DNA of 64,000 bases from Dehalococcoidia bacterium (GTDB taxonomy: Bacteria; Chloroflexota; Dehalococcoidia; Lucifugimonadales; VXLM01): assembly GCA_965197705.1 (NCBI GenBank), contig OZ240223.1, forward strand, positions 344,638 to 408,637. The letters run 5' to 3'. This document shows positions 19,094 through 27,976 of this stretch, piece by piece. Below the pieces are notes generated by a model, which did not search any database, was not told where the DNA came from, and saw nothing but the letters and a program-made list of their open reading frames with translations. Each line of letters begins with the position of its first letter. Position 1 is the first letter of the stretch. The position numbers and the translations under genes were made by a program.

Positions 19094-19120
19094 GTCATAC
19101 CGGCGAAGGCCGGTATCCAG
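19094..19120. repeat. REP hairpin, family A
   Basis: GTCATACCGGCGAAGGCCGGTATCCAG. This palindromic unit recurs throughout the window and translates to the spurious VIPAKAGIQ peptide. Confidence 0.7.
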
Positions 19121-19254
19121 AAAGGCGGAAGTTTAGGCTGGACGGAGTTGGTTGCACTTCCCTATGTCGCCCCATCTGGCAAGTCGCCTAAAGGTCTCTT
19201 CGGGTCGGAATTAGTACAGCCCATCAGTCCCTTACACCACGTCCGATTCGCACT

Positions 19255-20406
19255 ATGACTGAGCTTCTCCAAGACATCCCGTCACCAATCGCCTATGCCC
19301 TCGGCGCAGCCCTCGTCTTCGCTTTCCTCTCCGTCATGGTGCTCGTGCTGACCTGGCTGGAACGCAAGGCCCTCGCCCGCATCCAGCAGCGCATGGGCCC
19401 AATGCGCGTCGGTCCCCACGGCACGCTCCAGCCCATCGCAGACGCCCTCAAGCTCATCACCAAGGAGGATATCCTTCCGTCCTGGGCCGACCGACGAGTC
19501 TACTGGCTCGCGCCGCTGGCCGTCTTCGTCCCGTCGCTTCTCCTCTGGGTCACCATCCCCATAACGCAGGACATCGTCCTTCGCAACATGGACCTGGGCC
19601 TCTTCTACATCACCGCCTTCTCCGTCCTGACCGTGCTTGGACTCGTCATGGCAGGGTGGGGATCCGCAAACAAGTACGCCATCCTGGGCGGACTTCGCGC
19701 GGCCGGACAGCTCGTCAGCTACGAGGTGCCATTCATCATGGCCATCCTCGCCGTGGCGATGCTGAGCCAGTCTCTCAACATCGTCGAGATCGTCAACGAC
19801 CAGGCCGAGGCGAAGGTCGGCAATGCCATCGTTCAGCCGCTCGGTCTGTTCCTGTTTCTCGTGGCGGCTTTAGCGGAGCTTGGACGCACACCCTTCGACA
19901 TTCACCACGCCGAGTCCGAGGTCGTCGGCGGCCCCTTCGTCGAGTATAGCGGCGCTCACTGGGCGGTCTTCTTTCTCGCGGAGTACATCAACACCTTCAC
20001 CGTCGCGGCCCTGACGACCCTCCTCTTCCTCGGCGGCTGGCGTTGGCCCGACATGCCCTTCGACGGTCCCCTCCACACCGCGCTCTCCGTCGCCTGGTTC
20101 CTGGTGAAGACCTACGCCGTCATCCTCGTCATCTTCTGGATTCGCGGCACCTACCCACGCCTCCGAATCGACCAGCTCATGGCCTTCGGCTGGAAGGTGC
20201 TCGTACCCCTCTCGTTCGTCAACATCATCATCACCGGCATCGCCCTCTTCTACCACTGGCACTGGTCACTCATCACACTCATGTCGGCCATCTGGCTCGC
20301 CGCCCTACTCATGGCTATCCGTCGACACGCCGGGGCCCGTGACAAACGCAAGACCGTCCGTGTACTCTCCGCGCGAGACCTGCGAACGACGGATCCGGCT
20401 CATTGA
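19255..20406 (+). CDS. nuoH: NADH-quinone oxidoreductase subunit H
   Basis: 383 aa polytopic membrane protein. NuoH/ND1 motifs (ERKALARIQQRMGP, PFDIHHAESE). Confidence 0.92.
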   Translation: MTELLQDIPSPIAYALGAALVFAFLSVMVLVLTWLERKALARIQQRMGPMRVGPHGTLQPIADALKLITKEDILPSWADRRVYWLAPLAVFVPSLLLWVTIPITQDIVLRNMDLGLFYITAFSVLTVLGLVMAGWGSANKYAILGGLRAAGQLVSYEVPFIMAILAVAMLSQSLNIVEIVNDQAEAKVGNAIVQPLGLFLFLVAALAELGRTPFDIHHAESEVVGGPFVEYSGAHWAVFFLAEYINTFTVAALTTLLFLGGWRWPDMPFDGPLHTALSVAWFLVKTYAVILVIFWIRGTYPRLRIDQLMAFGWKVLVPLSFVNIIITGIALFYHWHWSLITLMSAIWLAALLMAIRRHAGARDKRKTVRVLSARDLRTTDPAH

Positions 20407-20435
20407 GGTAGAATCAAGGTAGAGGCAGTTCCAGA

Positions 20436-20912
20436 ATGAGACCGTCCGTCTACCTTGAGACAACGATTCCGAGCTATCTTACGGCGCGTCGAAGTCGTGA
20501 TCTCCTAATTTCGGCGCGCCAGATTGCCACTCAGGAATGGTGGGTCACTCGCACTGACTTTGAGATGTATACCTCTCAGTTGGTTATTGATGAGGCAAGT
20601 GCCGGCGACCGGATTGCGGCAATGAGACGTTTGGAGGCCTTGCAGAATCTGCCCTTGTTGGACGTGACGGAGCAGGTTGACGCCCTTGCTCAGCAGCTGA
20701 TCACTGGTGTTCCGATGCATGGAAGCGCGAATGCAGACGCATATCATATTGCGGTCGCGGCGGTTGGTGGGATGGAATATCTGCTAACATGGAATATGAC
20801 CCATATTGCGAATGCGGCATTCAGAAAGCGGATAGACCAAGTGTGTCGGTCGTTCCAAGTTGAGCCACCGACTATCTGTACGCCTGACGAGCTAATGACG
20901 CTAATGGAGTAG
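20436..20912 (+). CDS. PIN-domain (VapC-like) toxin
   Basis: 158 aa. VYLETTIPSYL at the N-terminus and DAYHIAVAA..LLTWNMTHIAN..ICTPDEL at the C-terminus, a PIN-family pattern I recognise from type II TA loci. Confidence 0.7.
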   Translation: MRPSVYLETTIPSYLTARRSRDLLISARQIATQEWWVTRTDFEMYTSQLVIDEASAGDRIAAMRRLEALQNLPLLDVTEQVDALAQQLITGVPMHGSANADAYHIAVAAVGGMEYLLTWNMTHIANAAFRKRIDQVCRSFQVEPPTICTPDELMTLME

Positions 20913-20916
20913 CCCC

Positions 20917-21090
20917 ATGACTCAAGATGCGATAATTCAGGAAATTCGCAAGTACAGAGACGAATACGCGAAGAAGCTCGACTACGACATCGAGACGATG
21001 GGCCGCGATATCCGCAAACGACAGGCCCAAAGCGACCGCAAAGTTGTAAAGCGCTCCCCGAGACCCGTTCGAGAGTCCCTAAAAGGCTGA
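20917..21090 (+). CDS. small partner protein of the PIN gene (putative antitoxin)
   Basis: 57-aa ORF, below the track cutoff, starting 5 nt after the PIN stop. MTQDAIIQEIRKYRDEYAKKLDYDIETMGRDIRKRQ resembles the small proteins usually paired downstream of this PIN family. Confidence 0.5.
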   Translation: MTQDAIIQEIRKYRDEYAKKLDYDIETMGRDIRKRQAQSDRKVVKRSPRPVRESLKG

Positions 21091-21115
21091 CACCGGCTGC
21101 GAGGTCAGGCCGCCG

Positions 21116-22768
21116 CTACACTCCGAGCAACTGCTTCGAGATATCCCTTGCCTCGTCAAGCGTCTCGACGATGTGGTCGTCGGGAACTCGTCTCAGAACG
21201 TTGAGCGCATAGAGGGTTGTGGCGGGCCGGCCCTCCAGACCCATTACGATGCACTCCGTATCCTCGTCCATGGCGACGTCGATCAGCTGCTCGACGACGA
21301 GGGCCGCGCTGTCGTCTACTGAGACCGTGTCCGTGAAGTCGAAGATGACGACCTGATGCTCCTGGATGTCCAGGCTGATGGTATTGACCAGCTTGTTCGA
21401 GGATGCGACAGAAAAACTTCCTCGGAGAGCCACCATTCCGACGCGCGCGGAGAATGGGTCGACCTCTTCCTCATCCTCCTCATCCTCCACTTCCAAATCG
21501 AATTCCTTCTGTTCATAGAGGAAACTCCTATCAAGCAGTGGCACGGAGATGACGCTGTCCAGTTCCAGGCGCTCTAATACTCTCGCGCTCGCCATTCCCG
21601 CTGCTATTAGGCCTATCGCTACCGCCGTGACCAGATCGAGGAATACCGTGAGTAGGAGCGTAATTACCATGACGAGCAGGTGTTCGCGCTGAACGCGGTG
21701 AATGCGGGTGATAAAACGCCAGTCAATAATGTCCCAACCTACCTTCATCAGGATGCCGGCGAGAGCGGCATGGGGAATTGACTCCACGTACCGACCCAGC
21801 CCCAAGACCAGTGTCAGGAGAATTACCGCTCGCAGGACCCCCGAAACCTGCGTGCTTCCCCCTGCGCGGATATTCACTACCGTGCCCATCGTCGCGCCCG
21901 CCCCTGGCAGTCCACCGATGAATCCCGCTGCCATATTGCCGATCCCCTGTCCGATCAATTCCCGGTTCGGGCTGTGGCGCGTGCGAGTAATCGCATCCGC
22001 TACTAGCGAGGTGAGCAGGCTGTCGATGGAGCCCAGGAGAGCAATGATCAGCGCAGGCTGAATGGACCTACCAAGGGCGCCCACCGAAAGTTCCGGAAGT
22101 CGGAGATCCGGCAGCCCGGTCGGTACGTCGCCGATAACCGGTGTGTCGGTCAGCCATAGGACGCTGAGCAGCGTCCCGGCAAGCAGTGCCGCAAGTGTAG
22201 GGGGCAGATATTGTCTGAGCCTGTTTGGCCACAACACTCCAACGGCCAGAGTCACAGCTGCGATGGCGAACGCGCCGTAGTTGATATTCGGTATCACGTC
22301 CGGCCAAGCCTTGACCGCTCCCAACGGCCCGCCCTCCGCGACCTTTGCTCCTAGGAACGGCAACGTCTGCAGCAGGATGATGATGACGCCGATGCCCGAC
22401 ATGAACCCGGATATCACCGAGTACGGCGTGTAGGCTACGAAACGACCGATTCTGAGTACGCCGAGGAGGATCTGTATCAACCCCGCCATGATGACGATCG
22501 TGAAGGCTTCGGCGAGGTTGTCAGCGTTGGCCGTGACGACTACCGCCATCGCCACGGCCATCGGGCCGGTGGGGCCGGATATCTGAGACCGGGTGCCCCC
22601 GAAGACCGCTGCGAAGAATCCTACCGAGATCGCGCCATAGATTCCGGCAACCGCGCCAAGCCCCGACGCTACGCCGAAGGCCAATGCAACTGGCAGCCCC
22701 ACCACCGCTGCGGTGATGCCGCCAAAGACGTCTCCGCGGAATGTTTGGAGGTCGTAGCTGAAGTTCAT
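21116..22768 (-). CDS. SulP-family anion (sulfate/bicarbonate) permease with STAS domain
   Basis: 550 aa. SLC26/SulP polytopic core followed by a C-terminal STAS domain with an acidic insert. Confidence 0.9.
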   Translation of the reverse strand: MNFSYDLQTFRGDVFGGITAAVVGLPVALAFGVASGLGAVAGIYGAISVGFFAAVFGGTRSQISGPTGPMAVAMAVVVTANADNLAEAFTIVIMAGLIQILLGVLRIGRFVAYTPYSVISGFMSGIGVIIILLQTLPFLGAKVAEGGPLGAVKAWPDVIPNINYGAFAIAAVTLAVGVLWPNRLRQYLPPTLAALLAGTLLSVLWLTDTPVIGDVPTGLPDLRLPELSVGALGRSIQPALIIALLGSIDSLLTSLVADAITRTRHSPNRELIGQGIGNMAAGFIGGLPGAGATMGTVVNIRAGGSTQVSGVLRAVILLTLVLGLGRYVESIPHAALAGILMKVGWDIIDWRFITRIHRVQREHLLVMVITLLLTVFLDLVTAVAIGLIAAGMASARVLERLELDSVISVPLLDRSFLYEQKEFDLEVEDEEDEEEVDPFSARVGMVALRGSFSVASSNKLVNTISLDIQEHQVVIFDFTDTVSVDDSAALVVEQLIDVAMDEDTECIVMGLEGRPATTLYALNVLRRVPDDHIVETLDEARDISKQLLGV

Positions 22769-22968
22769 ATTCGGTCGATAACGTCACGGAGTATACATCA
22801 CGCGGCGACAAATCGACCGTCCCCACAGTCTCAATTCGGGACAGGTTTTACCCTTGTCCACTGGTCATCTTCCGACTGTCAATACTGAATTTGACGAAAT
22901 AGAACGTATGGACTATCCTTTCTCTATGCCTGCTCATTGGAGTGGTTCAACGTTTGCCGGGGGCAAAA

Positions 22969-22993
22969 GTTACAGAATGTTACGATATGTTAC
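22969..22993. promoter_or_regulatory. three GTTAC direct repeats at 10-bp spacing (candidate operator)
   Basis: GTTACagaatGTTACgatatGTTAC at 22969, 22979 and 22989, in the AT-rich sulP/dinB divergent intergenic region, about 140 nt upstream of dinB. Confidence 0.3.
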
Positions 22994-23130
22994 ATAAATG
23001 CAAAAGTTGGTCTTTCTACGCAGACTTGTCGGCTCCTCTGCAAAAGGGCCCTTACCACCGGAGCGCTACATAATAGGTACTACTCAACGATTCCTACGAA
23101 GTACGCAATTCGTCCCAGCAGTAGACCGCC

Positions 23131-24210
23131 ATGCGCCACATACTTCACGCCGACCTCGACGCGTTCTACGCCTCAGTTGAACAGCTCGATAACCCGGAGT
23201 TGCGCGGCAAGCCCGTGGTCGTCGGAGGCAGTCCCGCGACGCGAGGCGTAGTCGCCGCCGCATCATACGAGGCAAGGGACTTCGGCCTCCGCTCAGCAAT
23301 GCCGATGCACACTGCGATGCAGCGTTGCCCTCAGGCAATTCGAGTTTCCCCTCGATTCGACCGTTACCACGAGGTCTCCAGCCGGGTCATGGAGATATTC
23401 CACGACATTACCGACCTCATCGAGCCGCTGTCTCTCGACGAGGCCTTCCTCGACGTATCGGCCCGCGTCGGACCGGGGACAACCCCCGAGTCCATCGCCG
23501 CGGAAATCAGGCGAAGGGTCGCCGATGAGGTCGGCCTCACGATCTCCGTCGGCGTTGCGACCAGCAAGTCGATAGCCAAGATCGCGTCCGACATGGACAA
23601 GCCGGACGGACTGACCGTCGTACTTCCCGGAACGGAGCGTGACTTCCTCGCGCCCCTCCCTGTCCGCAAGCTCTGGGGCATCGGCCCGAAGGCCTCGGAG
23701 CGCTTGTTAGCCGAAGGAATCGAGACCATCGGGGAACTCGCGCGTATGTCTGAGGGCTGGTTTACCGCGTGGTTCGGGAAGAACGGGACTATGATGCGGG
23801 AACTCGCCCTCGGCCACGACGAACGTCCCGTCGTCGTCTCACGCGAGACAAAGTCGATCAGCGCCGAAACGACCCTCGCCGAAGATACCGGCAGTCCCGA
23901 AATGCTGCGAGAGCTCGTCGCCCGCCTCAGCCAGCGGGTCGCCCGTCAGCTCGCAGACGCCGACCTGCAGGGACGCACAGTCAAGCTCAAGCTCCGCCTC
24001 TCCGACTTCACGACGTTCACCCGTCAGAGGTCCCTCACCCAGCCGGAAGATTCCGCCGACGTGATCGCCGCCATCGCCTCCGCGCTCATGGAGCGCGAGC
24101 TTCAGCCCGGCCGTCAGTTCCGCTTGGTCGGCGTGGGCGTCTCAGGCTTCGACCACCAAGACGACGATTCACACGAACGCCCCGTCCAAGGACGACTCGA
24201 CGGGTTCTGA
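23131..24210 (+). CDS. dinB: DNA polymerase IV
   Basis: 359 aa. MRHILHADLDAFYASVEQ, Y-family palm motifs (SLDEAFLDV), little-finger domain. Confidence 0.95.
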   Translation: MRHILHADLDAFYASVEQLDNPELRGKPVVVGGSPATRGVVAAASYEARDFGLRSAMPMHTAMQRCPQAIRVSPRFDRYHEVSSRVMEIFHDITDLIEPLSLDEAFLDVSARVGPGTTPESIAAEIRRRVADEVGLTISVGVATSKSIAKIASDMDKPDGLTVVLPGTERDFLAPLPVRKLWGIGPKASERLLAEGIETIGELARMSEGWFTAWFGKNGTMMRELALGHDERPVVVSRETKSISAETTLAEDTGSPEMLRELVARLSQRVARQLADADLQGRTVKLKLRLSDFTTFTRQRSLTQPEDSADVIAAIASALMERELQPGRQFRLVGVGVSGFDHQDDDSHERPVQGRLDGF

Positions 24211-24239
24211 TTGCAGTTCGTGAGAGGGTGCCATAACCT

Positions 24240-24540
24240 ATCAATCGCTCATGTCGGTTGCCACCGACACTACCAATCATGAAAATGGGTTTGGCCTCGT
24301 CGTCCTCGCGTGGCAGAAGACGGAGGATGAATTCCTGCCCCGTATCGGGGTACGGGGTGACGTTCCTTCGCAGGAATGACGGTGTGGCGGTGGCGTTGGT
24401 GCTCTGAAGGGCGGGTTTGAATCCCGCCCCTACGAATGCCGGTTGGCCGGGGTCTATTTTCAGAGGAATGACACGCGCTGTGGTTATGCAATAGCCTCCG
24501 AAAGCGGGAATTCATCGCCCGCCACAAATATTAGGTAGGG
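24240..24540. repeat. cluster of REP-type palindromic units (families A, B and GRFETCPY-type)
   Basis: CATGTCGGTTGCCACCGACAC.. (family B), GGATGAATTCCTGCCCCGTATCGGGGTACGGGGTGACGTTCCTTCGCAGGAATGACGG (family A composite), GGGCGGGTTTGAATCCCGCCCCTAC. Confidence 0.7.
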
Positions 24541-24603
24541 ATCGTCTCGGCTTGGTATAGTCTACTCACAAGACTCCACACACCCTGCAGGATACAAACC
24601 GCT

Positions 24604-25737
24604 ATGCACGTCACCGCATCAGGCCTCGTCCACAACGCTCGCCAAGCGCCACGACACCAACGGTCGACCGCGTTTACCGACATCGCGCTCACCGCAGACG
24701 GCAAGGTACTCGTCACGTTTCGGGCCGGCGGCGAGCACGACTCTCTCGACGGTCACATCCTCCTCTACGCGGGAAATGGTCTCGATGGAGCATGGAATCT
24801 TGTGTACGACGGCTACGGCAAGGGCGCTTGGGAGGACGGCACTCTGGGCGAGGTAAAGACCCTCTCCATAGTCGAGACCGGATTAGGAGTGCTCACGGCC
24901 ACGGGACTGTGGGTCGACCGCTCCGATCCGACCCTCCCGTTCGTCAATCAGCGCAATCAGGGCATCCTGCCCATGCGCATCTTTCACACGACCTCCACCG
25001 ACGGAGGACGAGCGTGGAGCCCCCGCCGCCTGATGGATGTTCATCCCCACCGAGGCGCGTCCCCGGTTACGGAGGCGATCACAGCCCTGCCGAACGGCGT
25101 CCTCGCCCAGCCCTACGAGACCTGGAAGGACTTCAACGACGACGGCCCGCCGGACCAGGGAGCCTACCTCCGCCTTTCACACGACGGCGGCAAGACGTGG
25201 CCCGAATTCGCCACCATGGCCAAGCACCCAGCCGGAAAGAAATACTACTGGGACGTGCGCTTGGCCAAGCATCCCGAATCGGGGAGACACGTCGGCGCCT
25301 ACTGGACGCACGATCCTACCCTGAGCACCGACATCGATATCCACATCTCTTGGGGATCGCCCGACGGCACGTCGTGGACGGAGCCGGTCGGCACGGGCGT
25401 CTCCGGTCAGCACTGTATGCCCATTCCGCTTGGTGGCGACCGCGTTCTCTTCGTCTACCCCGACCGCCGGAAGATCAATGGCATCGGCGCATCCCTCAGC
25501 GACGACTTCGGCGAGACGTGGGACGCCGCGCCACAGCTTACCGTCTACAGCAGCGCCGAGGGGACAGAGTCCGGCGCGCATGGAAAGCGAACGCAGCGCG
25601 AGCTGTGGGACGACATGATTGCCTGGAGATTCGGACATCCGCGCGGCGTCCTGCTTTCCAACGGCGAGGTCCTCGTCGTCTTCTACGCCGGAGACGGCGA
25701 ATACATGGATATTCACTGGGCCCGCATCGCCGTCTAG
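24604..25737 (+). CDS. BNR-repeat (sialidase-like) beta-propeller protein
   Basis: 377 aa. Three clear BNR/Asp-box motifs: STDGGRAWS, SHDGGKTWP, SDDFGETWD. Confidence 0.7.
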   Translation: MHVTASGLVHNARQAPRHQRSTAFTDIALTADGKVLVTFRAGGEHDSLDGHILLYAGNGLDGAWNLVYDGYGKGAWEDGTLGEVKTLSIVETGLGVLTATGLWVDRSDPTLPFVNQRNQGILPMRIFHTTSTDGGRAWSPRRLMDVHPHRGASPVTEAITALPNGVLAQPYETWKDFNDDGPPDQGAYLRLSHDGGKTWPEFATMAKHPAGKKYYWDVRLAKHPESGRHVGAYWTHDPTLSTDIDIHISWGSPDGTSWTEPVGTGVSGQHCMPIPLGGDRVLFVYPDRRKINGIGASLSDDFGETWDAAPQLTVYSSAEGTESGAHGKRTQRELWDDMIAWRFGHPRGVLLSNGEVLVVFYAGDGEYMDIHWARIAV

Positions 25738-25830
25738 TAACAACCTCTGCCAACTTGCCATTTCGCTCGCCCACGCCTACAATCCCCACGCACCAATGAG
25801 ACTACCTGCATACCTCAGGAGGCTGACTCC

Positions 25831-26718
25831 ATGAAGAGACTCGACGGCGTAAACACCCTGCTCATGACCCCGTACACCGAGTCGAATGAGATCGACGTTC
25901 AAGGCATATTCCGTCAGATCGACCGTGTACGTAATGCCGGTGCGACAAGCGTCGTCGTGCAGGGCAAGATAGGCGAGTACGACACCTACACCATGGACGA
26001 GCGCAGGGACACGGCGAAAGCCGTGGTCGACTATGTGAACGGCGCCGTTCCGGTCGGAGTTGGCATCATCAACGCCACTTTCGATGATGGACTGGCAGTT
26101 GGACGAATTGCCGCCGAGACCGGCGCGGACTACGTCATGTCCCGTCCCCCGATAGACGGCGACACCCACGACTATTTCCTGCGCCTTGCCGACATCGTCC
26201 CGGTGATGCTCTACGACCAGGGCATGCGCGGCGAGGTCTCCATCCGCGACGACATCTTCCCACTCACGCAGCGGACCGAGAACATCATCGCCCTCAAGAT
26301 CAGCGGCATTCCCGATAAGAACTACGAGGCCAAACAACTCCTCGATATCCCCGTCCTGTGCGGTTGGGACCTCATGAGCTTCCTTGCTTACCAGATGGGA
26401 GCAGACGGCGTGATTTCCGGCAGTGCTACCCTCGTCCCGGAACACGAGGTGAGGCTGCACGAGCTGGTCAAGCATGAGCGGTGGGACGAGGCCCGAGACC
26501 TCTACTATGGCAAGCTTGTTCCCATCCTGAACTACTGCACCTTCGACCCACACGCCTACTCGGTCTGCAAGTACATCCTCAAATACATGGGCGTCATCGA
26601 AAACTCCGATGTCCGCCCGCCCAACCCCGACGCAGGTGAGGCCCGCGCGAGCGAGGTGTACGAAGTCCTAAAGCGAGTTGGAGTGCTCGAACCCGAGGGA
26701 GCCGCCCGCGGCCGGTAG
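25831..26718 (+). CDS. dihydrodipicolinate synthase / N-acetylneuraminate lyase family protein
   Basis: 295 aa. DHDPS-family TIM-barrel pattern (LLMTPYTE.., GKIGEY..T.DER, ALKISG). Confidence 0.75.
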   Translation: MKRLDGVNTLLMTPYTESNEIDVQGIFRQIDRVRNAGATSVVVQGKIGEYDTYTMDERRDTAKAVVDYVNGAVPVGVGIINATFDDGLAVGRIAAETGADYVMSRPPIDGDTHDYFLRLADIVPVMLYDQGMRGEVSIRDDIFPLTQRTENIIALKISGIPDKNYEAKQLLDIPVLCGWDLMSFLAYQMGADGVISGSATLVPEHEVRLHELVKHERWDEARDLYYGKLVPILNYCTFDPHAYSVCKYILKYMGVIENSDVRPPNPDAGEARASEVYEVLKRVGVLEPEGAARGR

Positions 26719-26783
26719 GCAACCAACCTGCTATCGATAAACCATCGCCCGTGACGGGACTCTCGTTTGGATTCCCCACAGCC

Positions 26784-26813
26784 CCGTCATTCCCGCGCAG
26801 GCTGGAATCCATC
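26784..26813. repeat. REP hairpin, family A
   Basis: CCGTCATTCCCGCGCAGGCTGGAATCCATC, upstream of the preferred trmI start. Confidence 0.65.
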
Positions 26814-26856
26814 GGTCAGCCCGAATCAGACAGAGAGACACCGCATCAAGTCCACC

Positions 26857-27699
26857 ATGCCCACACACGCCCGCTACATCTTCCACGAGGGCGACCAGGC
26901 CCTCATCCTCGACCGCCGGGGCAGGCGCTACCTCGTTTCGCTGAAGAGCGCCAAGGATGACCAGAACCATCTCGGCACCTTCCATCACAACGACATCATC
27001 GGCGAGCCGGAGGGCGTTCGCATCTGGACATCAAAGGGCCATGCGCTCATCGTCGTCAAGCCCGGCATGGCCGACTTCATCCGCATCATGCCGCGCGTGG
27101 CCACGGTAGTCTACCCGAAGGACATCGGCGCAATCATCACCTACGGCGACATCTTCCCCGGCGCACGTGTCATGGAGGCAGGGACCGGCTCCGGCGCATT
27201 GACGATAGCCCTGGCCCGCGCCGTCGGCGAACGGGGGAAGGTATTGACCTACGACATCCGAGAGGACATGACCGTTCGTGCCCAGAAAAACCTCGCCGCC
27301 ATCATGCCTGAGCATCCGCAGGTGACCTTCAAGAACGGCGATGTCTCGGAGAGCATCTCTGAGTCCGACCTCGACCGCATCGTCCTCGACCTTCCCGAAC
27401 CGTGGCACGTCGTCCCACACGCGGTCGATGCCCTCGTGCCCGGTGGCGTCATCCTGTGCTTCCTCCCGACGGTGCTCCAAGTTCACGAGCTTGTCATGGC
27501 TTTGGAGGACGCCAACACCTTCGGGATGATCGAGACTACGGAGATCTTCATGCGAACGTGGTCGGTCCGTGGCCGGAGCGTCCGTCCCGATCACCGGATG
27601 ATCGGTCACACCGGCTTCATCACCACCGCCCGCAAGACGACTCCGTACTCGCCTCCGCCGCTCAGTCAGGGACCCGACGAGGACATATCCTCGGACTAG
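26857..27699 (+). CDS. trmI: tRNA (adenine-N1)-methyltransferase TrmI/Gcd14 family
   Basis: The ORF track starts at 26767, inside a REP; ATG 26857 preferred. VVYPKDIG, EAGTGSGALT SAM motif. The TAG stop (27697-27699) lies inside the MITE-2 terminal repeat. Confidence 0.85.
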   Translation: MPTHARYIFHEGDQALILDRRGRRYLVSLKSAKDDQNHLGTFHHNDIIGEPEGVRIWTSKGHALIVVKPGMADFIRIMPRVATVVYPKDIGAIITYGDIFPGARVMEAGTGSGALTIALARAVGERGKVLTYDIREDMTVRAQKNLAAIMPEHPQVTFKNGDVSESISESDLDRIVLDLPEPWHVVPHAVDALVPGGVILCFLPTVLQVHELVMALEDANTFGMIETTEIFMRTWSVRGRSVRPDHRMIGHTGFITTARKTTPYSPPPLSQGPDEDISSD

Positions 27700-27825
27700 T
27701 ACCATGTCAACATGGTTTTGATATTACGATTCACCCTCACCCTCACCCTAGCCCTCTCCCACGACGGGAGAGGGGACAAATCGGCATCTGCCTATTCATC
27801 ATATTCAAGTTGATTGAGTACTAGT
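27696..27825 (+). mobile_element. MITE family 2, copy a (subfamily I)
   Basis: About 130 bp. Ends CTAGTACCATGTCAACATGG ... CAAGTTGATTGAGTACTAG (imperfect TIR). Core CACCCTCACCCTAGCCCTCTCCCACGACGGGAGAGGGGA with a 9-bp hairpin. No ORF. Confidence 0.75.
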
Positions 27826-27971
27826 ACCGGTTCCATATGATTTTGGAAGGTTATTCAAAACACCCTCACCCCCGTATCGAGTACGGGGCAGGCCCTAGCC
27901 CTCTCCCACGACGGGAGAGAGGACAAATCGGCATTTGCCTATTCATCATATTCAAGTTGATTGAGTACTAG
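27821..27971 (+). mobile_element. MITE family 2, copy b (chimeric left II / right I)
   Basis: About 150 bp, abuts copy a sharing CTAG. Left end CTAGTACCGGTTCCATATG as in copies d/e, right end as in copy a. Carries an extra CCCCGTATCGAGTACGGGG hairpin. Confidence 0.75.
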
Positions 27972-27976
27972 CCGGC

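Noticed and set aside
19038-19254. Absence of nuoE/F/G between nuoD and nuoH as evidence of a deletion.
   Set aside because: Several bacterial lineages naturally have nuo clusters without nuoEFG at this position. The gap contains only a REP unit and no gene remnants.
19034-19258. 74-aa ORF between nuoD and nuoH, and similar ORFs at 24270-24527, 33233-33583, 35866-36202 and 42213-42679.
   Set aside because: Their translations (VIPAKAGIQ, GDSRIAPTGDWTGVIF, HTVIPAKAGIH and the like) are read-throughs of palindromic REP units that recur in non-coding DNA.
21060-21115. Possible relic of the nuoH 3' end after the PIN/antitoxin cassette (a fourth example of the terminal-duplication pattern).
   Set aside because: Only short patches (CGAGACC, GGCT..TGA) match, which is too weak to distinguish from chance by eye.
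22895-22960. Candidate LexA/SOS box upstream of dinB (AGAACGTATGGAC and GGTTCAACGTTTG).
   Set aside because: Neither matches CGAAC-N4-GTTCG in both half-sites (two or more mismatches in one arm), so I cannot support an SOS-box call from sequence alone.
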